Below, one piece after another: positions 17,054 through 26,791 of a DNA stretch of 47,034 nt (the first letter of the stretch is position 1; each line of letters starts with the position of its first letter). Both the position numbers and the translations under genes were made by a program. This stretch comes from Pseudomonadota bacterium (GTDB taxonomy: Bacteria; Pseudomonadota; Gammaproteobacteria; Xanthomonadales; Marinicellaceae). The notes under the pieces are model-generated. The model had not been told where the DNA came from. It saw only the letters and a list, made by a program, of their open reading frames with translations, and made no database searches. Location of the stretch: contig QQUO01000294.1 in the NCBI GenBank assembly GCA_008501575.1, positions 1 through 47,034 on the forward strand, in the 5' to 3' direction.

Positions 17054-17690
17054 AATAATCACGCCCACCGGTGGTCGGCCGGAAGCCATAGCCAATTTAA
17101 ACGATTATTTGACCCGTCAGACATTTCAGGACTTTGAATGGATTATCCTGGATGACGTCGAGCCACACGGCCACGCTCCGAGCCGATGCGACCACTACAT
17201 CGTCGCTGATTGGGTCTGGAACGGTGAAAACACACAATCTAAGGCCGTGGCCAGGCTATTACAAGAAGTCATCGACAGTGACAAGGTGCTGATTTGTGAA
17301 GATGACGACTGGTACAGCCCACACTATGTTGAAAAAATGATTAAAGCATTGAATAATGCTGATATCGTTGGTGAGAAAAATGCCATTTATTACAACGTCA
17401 ACAATTACACATACAGGCACTGCGGAAATACAAAGCATGCAAGCTTATGCTCGACAGGTGTTACAAAGACAGGCATAGAGAGATTACGAAAATCAACTAA
17501 CAACAAATGGATTGACATGGAATTGTGGAAGTCTGGCGGTCAATTATTAAGCACACGGGACAGTTTAGGGATAAAAGGAATGCCAGGTCGTGTTGGTATT
17601 GGTGTTGGTCATGACATGGTGGCAACACCAGACCCTAACCATGAATTTTTAAAGTCAATTATTGGTGATGACGCCCGGCGTTATGTTTGA
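17043..17690 (+). CDS. GT-A fold (GT2-like) glycosyltransferase
   Basis: ITPT..RP, QT..DFEWIILDD, and EDDDWY (DxD) motifs. Confidence 0.85.
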   Translation: MSNKIITPTGGRPEAIANLNDYLTRQTFQDFEWIILDDVEPHGHAPSRCDHYIVADWVWNGENTQSKAVARLLQEVIDSDKVLICEDDDWYSPHYVEKMIKALNNADIVGEKNAIYYNVNNYTYRHCGNTKHASLCSTGVTKTGIERLRKSTNNKWIDMELWKSGGQLLSTRDSLGIKGMPGRVGIGVGHDMVATPDPNHEFLKSIIGDDARRYV

Positions 17691-17692
17691 TT

Positions 17693-18229
17693 ATGTCAAC
17701 GTTTATTATTTGCGCATCCGGTCAATCGCTGACACAAGACGACGTCGATTACTGCCGCGGCAAAGGTACGGTCATCGTCACTAATAATACCTATGAGTTG
17801 GCACCATGGGCTGATGTTCTATGGGGTTGCGATGAGGTATGGTGGGAAAAATACCCGGAAGCCATGGACTTTAAAGGCCGTAAAATATCAGTCCAATATT
17901 CCGAAGTCGAACAGATACAGACCCTTGACCGCCCCGGACTTGGATTAGAACAGGTACACACCGGCGGGAACGGTGGTTATCAGGCGATAAACTGGGCTTA
18001 TTTGCAAGGTGCGACAAAGATTGTCATGCTTGGCTTTGATATGCATGGAACGCACTGGCACGGAAAACACAAAAGAGGATTGGGTAATGTACACAATTTC
18101 AAAGCATGGATTCCAGCCTTTGGCCGATTGGCAAAAGATTTAGAAAGACAAGGTGTCGATGTGATTAACTGCACCCCGGGCACCGCCTTACACTGCTTTA
18201 AAAAACAGGACTTACGAGAAACGATATGA
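17693..18229 (+). CDS. Maf/GT42-like (sialyltransferase-fold) putative glycosyltransferase
   Basis: IICASGQSL (compare IIAGNGPSL), V.N, and NGG..AI..A...GA..I..LGFD (compare CstII SG...A..LG...I.L.G.D). Confidence 0.65.
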   Translation: MSTFIICASGQSLTQDDVDYCRGKGTVIVTNNTYELAPWADVLWGCDEVWWEKYPEAMDFKGRKISVQYSEVEQIQTLDRPGLGLEQVHTGGNGGYQAINWAYLQGATKIVMLGFDMHGTHWHGKHKRGLGNVHNFKAWIPAFGRLAKDLERQGVDVINCTPGTALHCFKKQDLRETI

Positions 18230-18474
18230 TTAAAATTATAGGCAAAGCAAATTACGGACATCCTGTTTTATCAAAGGACATCAAGTTCTTATCTGATGAC
18301 GGCAAAAAAATAAAAAACATATATAAATGCGAAATATCAATTGACCCGGGCGACATAGCCAGAGCGACACTGACTATTGGCGTTGAAGACCTGAATCTTG
18401 AATGTGATGAAACCATGATTTATACCGATGGCAAAGGGAATAGATTTAAAAAATTAACGCCAAAAGAAAAATGA
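18226..18474 (+). CDS. Hypothetical protein
   Basis: ATGA coupling at both ends. Confidence 0.7.
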   Translation: MIKIIGKANYGHPVLSKDIKFLSDDGKKIKNIYKCEISIDPGDIARATLTIGVEDLNLECDETMIYTDGKGNRFKKLTPKEK

Positions 18475-18776
18475 ACGCCGGAAAACTCGATAAACTGATT
18501 AAAATAATGCGTCCAAGTAGCGACACTGATTCATACGGCGCACCCGACCCGACATTGACTGAGATTGCCGAAGTTTGGGCGCAAAGGGTCAACAAATCAG
18601 CCAAAGAATCCCAGACAGGCGCAGATTACCAGATAGACCACAAATTATGGCGCATGTGGCCAACAGACATTACCCATAACGATGAAATACACTTTGATGG
18701 GATTGTCTATCGTGTCAATTCGGTTGTGGCCGATACAAACGATCACATCATGGTAAAAACAACGGCGGCACTATGA
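18471..18776 (+). CDS. Head closure / head-tail adaptor
   Basis: MNAGKL...I.I......D.YG.......A.VWA motif. Confidence 0.88.
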   Translation: MNAGKLDKLIKIMRPSSDTDSYGAPDPTLTEIAEVWAQRVNKSAKESQTGADYQIDHKLWRMWPTDITHNDEIHFDGIVYRVNSVVADTNDHIMVKTTAAL

Positions 18777-19297
18777 CGGTTAAGCGAGATGAAGTTCAAA
18801 TTCACGGACTGGAAGAGCTAACAAGAACTTTAAAGGCGCTGCCGAATGAGTTAACCGCATCGAGCCGAGGTGGAATATTGGCGTTGGCACTGCGAGACAT
18901 CGCGAACATGGTTAAAAAGGATATTATCGCAGATGCGCCGGTCGGAACCGGTGAGGAATATGTCAGCTTTAAAGGCCAAAAAATTAAAGTCGAACACGGC
19001 CGATTAAAACGAGCCGTCAGGGTCAGACGTGATAAAAACCCGCATCTCGTCGGCATGACTGAAAACATCCAGATAAAAATGTACAAAGGGCGCTCAAGAC
19101 TGGATAAAAACGCCGCCTGGTTTTGGTTTATGGTCAATTTTGGAACTGAAAAACAGGCACCACAACCATTTTTTACCGGCGCATTCGATAAGAACCAAAC
19201 GCAAATGATACCGACTTTTGAAAAGGGCATGGATAAGCGCCTTAAAACCGCGATCAGAAAAGCGAAAAAACACGGCTTCGAGTTGAACTATGAATGA
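18773..19297 (+). CDS. HK97 gp10-like tail completion protein
   Basis: I.GL.EL...L..LP, APV.TG, and W..V.FGT.K..PQPF...AF motifs. Confidence 0.9.
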   Translation: MTVKRDEVQIHGLEELTRTLKALPNELTASSRGGILALALRDIANMVKKDIIADAPVGTGEEYVSFKGQKIKVEHGRLKRAVRVRRDKNPHLVGMTENIQIKMYKGRSRLDKNAAWFWFMVNFGTEKQAPQPFFTGAFDKNQTQMIPTFEKGMDKRLKTAIRKAKKHGFELNYE

Positions 19298-19634
19298 AAT
19301 ACAGGTGCGCGATAAGTTGATAGCTGATGGCGTGGCCGGTGGTCGCATTTACCGAACCCTTGCACCTGATAATGTGCAATATCCTTATGTGCGATTCACT
19401 GTACAAAAAACACCGCTTGTTCAAGACATGATATCTAACGATGGATGGCGAAATACATTCATGTTTCAGATTTATGGTTCTACATTTGAACAAGCGAAAT
19501 TAGCACAAATCGAATTACAGCAGTCGATGAAACTAATCGGCCGCGAAATAACATACACAGATGACGAATATCCCGACCCTGAAACAGGGTCTTACAGAAT
19601 TATCAATGATTGGTTTGTGAATGAACTGAATTAA
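19290..19634 (+). CDS. Tail terminator (DUF3168-like)
   Basis: GRIY...AP.....PYV.F and FQI motifs; synteny. Confidence 0.8.
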   Translation: MNEIQVRDKLIADGVAGGRIYRTLAPDNVQYPYVRFTVQKTPLVQDMISNDGWRNTFMFQIYGSTFEQAKLAQIELQQSMKLIGREITYTDDEYPDPETGSYRIINDWFVNELN

Positions 19635-19655
19635 CAATCATTCACAAGTTTTTAT

Positions 19656-19679
19656 AGCCCGCATAAAGCGGGTTTTTTT
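19656..19679 (+). terminator. Terminator-like hairpin before the tail tube gene
   Basis: AGCCCGC-ataaa-GCGGGTTTTTTT. Confidence 0.7.
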
Positions 19680-19721
19680 ATGCCCGCAATTCGTGGGCTT
19701 ATTTTTAGAAAGGTGAAAAAA

Positions 19722-20156
19722 ATGGCTAACGAACTTGGCACAATTGGCAATCAATTACAGGTCGGAGACGGCGCAAGCCCAGAAGTGTTCACTATCATCG
19801 GTGGAACCCAAGGCGTTCCGTCTGTTGGCGGTGGCTCCGGAGAACAAATCGACATCACATCGATGGAAGATTTGCAGCGGGTATATCTCAAAGGATATAA
19901 AACCCCTCCCAACTTAACCGTGACCATTAACATACGTAAAGGCGACACAGAGCAGGCGCAGCTCGAAGCTGATGACGCATCTGCATCAAAGGTAGTGCGC
20001 AACTACCGTGTAACAGAGCCTAATGGCACTGACGTCATTATGTCCTTTGCGGCATATGTTAATAACTTCAGTGTATCCAGCACAGCAGGTGATGCGGTAC
20101 GCGGTGAAGTTGAATTTATCCTTGAAGGTCGTCCGACTTTCGATTGTTTGGCATAA
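19722..20156 (+). CDS. Major tail tube protein
   Basis: L.VGDGA.PEVF..I and ID.TS.ED....Y..G motifs; AAGGTG RBS with ATG 19722. Confidence 0.88.
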   Translation: MANELGTIGNQLQVGDGASPEVFTIIGGTQGVPSVGGGSGEQIDITSMEDLQRVYLKGYKTPPNLTVTINIRKGDTEQAQLEADDASASKVVRNYRVTEPNGTDVIMSFAAYVNNFSVSSTAGDAVRGEVEFILEGRPTFDCLA

Positions 20157-20166
20157 GGAGATATCT

Positions 20167-20532
20167 ATGACAAACCACATTAACTCACTTGATGACCTGT
20201 TGCAGATTGATGACCGAGAGGTGATTGAGTTTGAAGTACCGGCTTGGAACAGCAAGTCGGTATATCTCAAGCCATTGTCATCTGAAGAGGCTGAAACTGT
20301 CAGCGTTGATTTTTCCGGCATTTCAGAAGATAAATCGAAAATGGTTGGAATGCGCACTGGATTAGTCCGTAAATGTCTCGTTGATTCGGCCGGTAACTTG
20401 CTTATTAAGACAAACGAGCAAGCAAAACAGCTTGGCGATAAATCCAGCGCCGCACTTAAACAAATCTTTGATAAGTGCATGGACATGAACGGCTTTAACG
20501 TCAAAGTTGAGGACGCTGAAAAAAACTCATAG
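20167..20532 (+). CDS. Tail assembly chaperone (G-like)
   Basis: AAGGAG RBS with ATG 20167; V.VP.W...V....LS motif; ends at the slippery site AEKNS. Confidence 0.85.
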   Translation: MTNHINSLDDLLQIDDREVIEFEVPAWNSKSVYLKPLSSEEAETVSVDFSGISEDKSKMVGMRTGLVRKCLVDSAGNLLIKTNEQAKQLGDKSSAALKQIFDKCMDMNGFNVKVEDAEKNS

Positions 20533-20855
20533 AGAACCCCACGGAGTACCTGTGGCATGAATTGGCGCTCCGTTTGGGTTCGACTATTCGCGACCTGAAA
20601 AAACGAATGTCGCACCGGGAATTTGTGTCCTGGTGCGCATTTAATAAATTATCGCCTGTTGGTGATATCCGCCATGATTATTACATGGCACAAATCGCCG
20701 CAGAATTCCGCAGAACAATCGTTAAAGAACCTGAAAAATTAAAAATCAATGATTTCATGTTCTTTGAGCGCATGACAAAAGAAAAACTCAAGTTTAAGAA
20801 CCTGTCACCCGGCGCTAAAGAATTTATTGCACCCCTATTGGATAAATATAACTAA
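20520..20855 (+). CDS. Tail assembly chaperone T-part, made by -1 frameshift (G-T fusion)
   Basis: A AAA AAC at 20520-20526. The -1 frame is open: KLIENPTEYLWHELALRLGSTIRDL..RMS..EF..W. Confidence 0.85.
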   Translation, partial: KKLIENPTEYLWHELALRLGSTIRDLKKRMSHREFVSWCAFNKLSPVGDIRHDYYMAQIAAEFRRTIVKEPEKLKINDFMFFERMTKEKLKFKNLSPGAKEFIAPLLDKYN

Positions 20856-23800
20856 TGTCTGTACGAGCACTCACCCTTGACTTTGGCGTTAATCTCGCCG
20901 GCTTCACGTCCGATATGGACAGAGCCGCGCGCATCGCTAAACAAAGAAGCGAAAAGATAAAGCGCCAGATTGAGGGTGCCTTAAAAGTCGTTGCCAGTGG
21001 TGCTGTGGCCGCCGGTGCCGGCCTTGGTGCATTGACAAAGCAATACGCGAACACCGCAGACAGTATCCAGAAAATGTCACAAAGACTTGGTATATCTACC
21101 GAGTTCCTTTCCCAAATGCGACTTGGCCTTGGCCTGACCGATAACACCCTGGACGGTTTCAGCACATCAGTGTCGAAAATGTCCAAAACCATTAACGACG
21201 GCGTGAACGGTTTAAGCACGGCGACCCGGGCATTTGACGCCCTTGGAATTACCCTGGACCAGCTTAAATCACTTGATACAGAACAGCAGTTTTTATTAAT
21301 CGCAGACCGGTTATCTAAAGTAGAAGATCAGTCGGTTAAAACTGGCGCGGCCATGGACATATTTGGGCGTTCCGGAACAAAGCTGATTACTCTTTTTGAT
21401 GAGGGCGCGGAAGGGATAAAAGCCTACAACAAACAAGCTGATTCATTTGGCAAGACAATCTCACAAGATTCAGCTGATGCCGCCGCAAAATTCAATGACC
21501 AATTAACTGTGCTGAATGCCCGTGTAACAGGGCTCAAAGAATCGATTGGACGTGACTTATTGCCGGTGTTCAGCCAGATGATTACCAACTTTAACGATGG
21601 CGGTATATCAAATGCAGCTGGCAAATTTGAAACTATAAATACAACTGTCATTGGCGTTTATAAGTCTGCTTTATATCTCAATGGCGCATTTGCTGCCGTT
21701 GGTAAAACAGTTGGAACTCTAACTGGAATGGTCGTTGAGTCTTTTAAGATTATGGCCGGTTATGTTGATGTTTTTGTTGACCGCTTAAAATTGGGCGCAG
21801 TCACAATTGGTGAAATTTTCACAAAAGACATACAGGAAAAAGCAAACAAGATAGGTGCTGGTTGGATGGTTCCAGAATCATTTAAGGAGTTAACAGAATC
21901 AGCAGAAGAATTAAGTCAAAAAATAACTGAAAACGAAGAAAAGCTACTTAGGTCAAGAGAAAACCTCGCCAACAACATTGCAAGTGACAAAACATTCAGC
22001 GAAATAGATGGTATTTACAAGAACATCGAAAGCAATATACAAAAAGTTGAAAAAGCCGCAAAGGATGCAAAAAAACCAATTGAAGATGGAATAACTAAAC
22101 CATCGGAAAAAGCCGCAACAGCCATGGCCGGCTTAGGCAAATCAGCCGAAGAAACAGAAAAAGCCATGCAAAAACTGGTCGATGATGCGTTTAACGAAGC
22201 AAACGAACTATTAAACGACTTCACCGGCATTGTTCAATCCCTCGAAACACCGATGGAAACGCTGAACCGCACCACAGATGAGCAGGTTCAAATCATTGGT
22301 CGCTATATTCTCGCTAACCAGGGCAATGAAAAAGCCATTAATGACGCACTGGAAGCTCTTAAACGCCTCGATGCACAATACAAAGACAGCGAAGCCGAGA
22401 TTAAAGCGGCGGCCGATGCAACGGATGAATTCAGGGTCGCACTTGAACAATTAGGCGTACCGTCTCATGTATTGCAACAGTTGCAACAAGTTGCCGCCTT
22501 AATGGGTTCAATTACCGGTTCGGGTGGATTTAGCGGAATATTTACAGGTGACTTTGCATCGTCATTAACCGGAATATTTGACGAGTTGCCTAAAATATTA
22601 CAACAAGCGATTGAAAAAGCGGACATTGAAGTTAGTCCAAGCAGTGATTTTACACGCATGTTTGAGGGCTTATTTGCAGGTGGGCAGGAATCATTCAGAA
22701 GTGCGGCCGACATGGCATCTTTGGCGCAATTTGCATTTGACGCTTGGAATCGAACAGAGGGTCAGGATGACGCGGGAAGAGTCGCAAGCACCGCCGCTGA
22801 TTTAGCCGCCACAGGGGCGTTTGGCCCCATAGCCCAAGCAATCGGGCAGATTGCTCAATCACTTAATGCGATAACAGGTGGTCGATTATTTGGCACGGCG
22901 TACGAGTTGACAGGTAGTGGCTTTAGCGGTGGTGTTGGTTTAGGTGGTGTTTCAGGTTCGCAATACACCGAATCACAGCGCGAACGTTCATTTTTCCGTG
23001 GCACACAAACCAGAATTGATACAAGCGAACTTGATGCTCAAATTCGTGAAGTATTGCAAAAAATACAAGATGCCGCTGAACAAATCGCAGAAGCATCAGC
23101 GCAGGCATTGGGTGTGGACGTGCCGAACCTGGTCAGCGGAAGCATAGAACAAGAATTTGATGCCGATGGCAATCTGGTTAGTTCAATCAGCACTGTTCTT
23201 GGTCGCACATTCAATGAAGGCATTGAAGAATTTGGGATGCGTGTCAGTGCCGAGAACATAATTGCGTCATTAAATCAGGCGTTTGACCCGATTATTGTTC
23301 AATATGACCAGGTCGTTCAATTATTCGATGATTATGGCCGTGCCATCGGTTCATTTACTCAAACCGCTAACGCGCTTGTGAACGAAGCTGATTACATCGC
23401 TAACCGGTGGCGCATGGATGCTGAATTATTCCTTGACGGTGCTCAAATGTTACTTGCGGCCGGAACTGACATTGTTAATGGCGTTGGCTTATTCGACACG
23501 CTAACAGAAGTCGCCGACAGCATCGAATCGATGAAAAAACCAAGCGAAACACTGCTTGATGCGTACAGTCGCATATCAGAAGCCACAAGTCAGCTTACTG
23601 ATGCGCTTGATATCATGGATATTTCGCTTGATACATCGCGCATGGCATTTGTTCAATTTGCCGCTGACATATCCGAAGCCGCGGGCGGTGTTGAGCGGTC
23701 ACAAGCACTGTGGCAAGCCTACTTTGACACATTCTATTCAGCCGAGGAACTGGCACAAAACGCGCTTGATAATGCAGTAACAAACCGTGACAGCGAATTA

Positions 23801-25372
23801 GCAGATATTGGCCTTGATTCAGGTATATCGAACGAAGCCTTCAGGGAATTGTTTGAAAGCATATTGCCGACATTATCAGCCGAAATGGTTGTTGAGTGGT
23901 TAGAAGCCGCCGAAGCTATTGGTGTTGTTATTGATGCAGAAGCTCAACTGGCGCAGATTCGCGGTCAGAACGCCGATGAATTAGCCGAGATGATGGCAGA
24001 AATCGGAAGCGATCTTGAAGACATGGACTTGTCACCATTCGCAAAGCGGCTTAAAGACATTAAAAACGCATTTAACGAACAAATCGCCACAGCTAAGGAA
24101 TTAGGTGCAACAGAGCGCGAATTGGCGATGATACAGACCTATGCCAGCCGCCAGATTCAGCAAGCTATTGCAATGCTTGAAAACGACATCCGGGGCGCAC
24201 TGACTGACCTATACGGCACCGAATTAGACCAAATCAATGAGCAAATAGCCTTACTTGAGCAACAAGGCTCAATGATTCAGCAGGTCGGACAGGCTAACCA
24301 GAATCGTTATCAGGATGAATTGCGCGCCATCCAGAATATACAAGGCTATTTAGACAGCTTATTGCTTAACGATACACTGTCAACGCTGAACCCGATGGAA
24401 CAGCTACAAGAAGCGCAGGCGCAGTTTGATGAAATGCTGGCACTGGCTCAAATGGGTGATATTCACGCGCTGAACGCATTGCCGGGGCTTGCAAATGTGC
24501 TGTTAGGTCTTGGACGCGATGTTTGGGCATCTGGCGAACAATATACAGACTTGTTCGATATGGTTACAGGCGCATTGGCTGGTTTGGGCGTGACCAGTAG
24601 CCCAGGTGGCGATAACACCGGCACTGTCATGATCGGGCAAAATGCAGAGCTGATAGCATTGCAACAGCGAGCAAATGAGTTGATGGAGCAACAAGCGGCG
24701 AGCCAGAACTTTGACGCCGCATGGGCAATCGCTGAACAAATCGGCCAGTTATCAAGTGTCACAAATGACAGCTTCGCCGAATTAGCCGAGCGGTTAGGTT
24801 TGCCGGTTGAGCAGTTTTTGACTGACTTGGGTGTTGATTTAGAAAATATCACAGTTGAGACAAGCACCGCGTTAGCGAATGTGGCCGCAACGATGGGCGT
24901 TGAAATAACCGAATTAGCTGACGCCGTAGGTATCTCTTTGGGTAACTTGGCTGATGACCAAAGCCTATTAAATGATGCGCTTGAAGCAACTATCATGGGC
25001 TTACCGCAGGGCATTGCTGAAGATTTGGACGCCATGTTGACCGCCATCGAGAAGTCGACAAATCCGGAAGCACGCGAAGCGATGCTGGCGGCAATGGAAG
25101 AATATATTTCAACTTTACCAGCCGACCAAGCGAACCAATTAGCCCCTTTCTTTGAAAATATCGACCCAACAACAAACGCAAGTCAACAGCTCAGCCAGAT
25201 GACACAGCTTAATGACACAAACCAGTCAATTGATGCTGAAATTAAAGCCATGCGCACCGAATCACAACAAGCGAATCAAGAAGCTGATAGCGACAGAAAC
25301 AAGCAAATACAATGGTTACAATCTGTCGATGACAAGCTTGGGCGTTTCTTAGATTCGCAGGGAGTGGCATAA
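20855..25372 (+). CDS. Tape measure protein (1505 aa)
   Basis: Length, Ala/Gln/Glu-rich helical composition, LT.D...N..GF...M.RA N-terminus, position after the chaperones. Confidence 0.95.
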   Translation: MSVRALTLDFGVNLAGFTSDMDRAARIAKQRSEKIKRQIEGALKVVASGAVAAGAGLGALTKQYANTADSIQKMSQRLGISTEFLSQMRLGLGLTDNTLDGFSTSVSKMSKTINDGVNGLSTATRAFDALGITLDQLKSLDTEQQFLLIADRLSKVEDQSVKTGAAMDIFGRSGTKLITLFDEGAEGIKAYNKQADSFGKTISQDSADAAAKFNDQLTVLNARVTGLKESIGRDLLPVFSQMITNFNDGGISNAAGKFETINTTVIGVYKSALYLNGAFAAVGKTVGTLTGMVVESFKIMAGYVDVFVDRLKLGAVTIGEIFTKDIQEKANKIGAGWMVPESFKELTESAEELSQKITENEEKLLRSRENLANNIASDKTFSEIDGIYKNIESNIQKVEKAAKDAKKPIEDGITKPSEKAATAMAGLGKSAEETEKAMQKLVDDAFNEANELLNDFTGIVQSLETPMETLNRTTDEQVQIIGRYILANQGNEKAINDALEALKRLDAQYKDSEAEIKAAADATDEFRVALEQLGVPSHVLQQLQQVAALMGSITGSGGFSGIFTGDFASSLTGIFDELPKILQQAIEKADIEVSPSSDFTRMFEGLFAGGQESFRSAADMASLAQFAFDAWNRTEGQDDAGRVASTAADLAATGAFGPIAQAIGQIAQSLNAITGGRLFGTAYELTGSGFSGGVGLGGVSGSQYTESQRERSFFRGTQTRIDTSELDAQIREVLQKIQDAAEQIAEASAQALGVDVPNLVSGSIEQEFDADGNLVSSISTVLGRTFNEGIEEFGMRVSAENIIASLNQAFDPIIVQYDQVVQLFDDYGRAIGSFTQTANALVNEADYIANRWRMDAELFLDGAQMLLAAGTDIVNGVGLFDTLTEVADSIESMKKPSETLLDAYSRISEATSQLTDALDIMDISLDTSRMAFVQFAADISEAAGGVERSQALWQAYFDTFYSAEELAQNALDNAVTNRDSELADIGLDSGISNEAFRELFESILPTLSAEMVVEWLEAAEAIGVVIDAEAQLAQIRGQNADELAEMMAEIGSDLEDMDLSPFAKRLKDIKNAFNEQIATAKELGATERELAMIQTYASRQIQQAIAMLENDIRGALTDLYGTELDQINEQIALLEQQGSMIQQVGQANQNRYQDELRAIQNIQGYLDSLLLNDTLSTLNPMEQLQEAQAQFDEMLALAQMGDIHALNALPGLANVLLGLGRDVWASGEQYTDLFDMVTGALAGLGVTSSPGGDNTGTVMIGQNAELIALQQRANELMEQQAASQNFDAAWAIAEQIGQLSSVTNDSFAELAERLGLPVEQFLTDLGVDLENITVETSTALANVAATMGVEITELADAVGISLGNLADDQSLLNDALEATIMGLPQGIAEDLDAMLTAIEKSTNPEAREAMLAAMEEYISTLPADQANQLAPFFENIDPTTNASQQLSQMTQLNDTNQSIDAEIKAMRTESQQANQEADSDRNKQIQWLQSVDDKLGRFLDSQGVA

Positions 25373-26790
25373 TGACCATACTTGTTGAGCTTAATTACGC
25401 ATCAAGCGTCAGCTCACCAACTCAATCTGTTTATTTTGGGATTAACAGCTTTAATGTAACTGGCTCGACATGGGCTGATGGTCGATTAATGTCACCATTT
25501 AAGCACAAGACATCAATCAAATCATGGGTTCAGTCCGACACGTCACAGACGACGATCGGTGACGTTAAACTCGCAAATGGCGATGGCGAACTTGATTATT
25601 TGCTTAATAAAATCGGGTTTATCCGTGTTTTTAGATGGCCGGGAAGTGGCGGCCTTGGCGATGAGATAGCTTATGCAAAAGTGGATAAAATTGTTGCAGA
25701 CGGTGAAAAACACATTTTAATCAAATTAAAAAACCCGCTCGATGAATTAGATGTGCCATTACAAACAAATGTTTTTCCGGCAAGCGAACCATCCGAGGGG
25801 TCAGGATTATCGCCGGCACCGACAAATTATTATTATGGAATGGAGGGTCAGACACGGCCACTTGCTTTAGGCTTATGCTACAACATACAACCATTTTTAG
25901 CCAACAGGGCATTCAACGAATATCAATGTCATGACAGTGAAGTATTCTTGGTTCAGAATGTATATGACAACGGAATATCAGTTTCATTTACTGGACATAC
26001 TAAAGGGTTTACTTTAGCCACTGACCCTAACGGAACTGTTGTTGCGAAAGTTATTGGCGGACTTAATGCGGGAACCAACACCCAAAGGGTTCAATACCTC
26101 ATACCCGAAGTTATGAGCCGTGCGGGGTTTAGTAGCTACAACTCTACCGACTTAACCGACCTTGATACAGGCTATGGTTATAGATATGGTTATTATCAGC
26201 CAGCTGGAACCAATCAGACCGCTTTGTATGTCGTTAAGTGGGTTTTAGATTCATCACTTTTCTATATGTACGCCGAACCTGATGGCGAGATTAGATTCAA
26301 AGCATGGGAAAAACCAAAAATCACCGCTGATGATGAAATGGATGTCCGTAATGTGGTTGGAGGCATCAATATATTTTCAGATGAAGCACCCAATCTAACA
26401 TTAAGTATTGGCGCATCAAAAAACTGGTATGTTTATAATCAAGATGATATTGCTTTTGGCGCAACTGCACAGAATAAGATTGATATGGCAGCCAGTCATC
26501 TTTCTGTGTGGAAATCATCAACACCAATTGCTTATGACACGTCAAAAGATGTTTATGATAGTTTATTAAGACCATCTGTTGATGCTTTGGCGGTATCAGA
26601 TAGACTTGCAGACATATACAGCGTCCGCCGAAACTTCTACGCCTTTGACAGCACAAAGGACGCCAGCATCGGCGACACAATCGAACTCACATACCCGCGC
26701 TTTGGACTTGAAACAGGTAAAAACCTTGTCGTCGTCGGGCGTGAGATTGACTTTATTAACAACACTTACCGACTCACTCTCTGGGGATAA
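25372..26790 (+). CDS. Tail tip / hub-like structural protein
   Basis: Follows the TMP; P..LG.C.NI.P motif and C-terminal IGD.I.L.YPRFGL..GK...VVG. Confidence 0.7.
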   Translation: MTILVELNYASSVSSPTQSVYFGINSFNVTGSTWADGRLMSPFKHKTSIKSWVQSDTSQTTIGDVKLANGDGELDYLLNKIGFIRVFRWPGSGGLGDEIAYAKVDKIVADGEKHILIKLKNPLDELDVPLQTNVFPASEPSEGSGLSPAPTNYYYGMEGQTRPLALGLCYNIQPFLANRAFNEYQCHDSEVFLVQNVYDNGISVSFTGHTKGFTLATDPNGTVVAKVIGGLNAGTNTQRVQYLIPEVMSRAGFSSYNSTDLTDLDTGYGYRYGYYQPAGTNQTALYVVKWVLDSSLFYMYAEPDGEIRFKAWEKPKITADDEMDVRNVVGGINIFSDEAPNLTLSIGASKNWYVYNQDDIAFGATAQNKIDMAASHLSVWKSSTPIAYDTSKDVYDSLLRPSVDALAVSDRLADIYSVRRNFYAFDSTKDASIGDTIELTYPRFGLETGKNLVVVGREIDFINNTYRLTLWG

Positions 26791-26791
26791 T

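Noticed and set aside
18802-25181. Numerous minus-strand ORFs in the tail region (for example 18802-19230, 19986-20615, 24463-25047)
   Set aside because: Antisense shadows of well-supported structural genes; no motifs.
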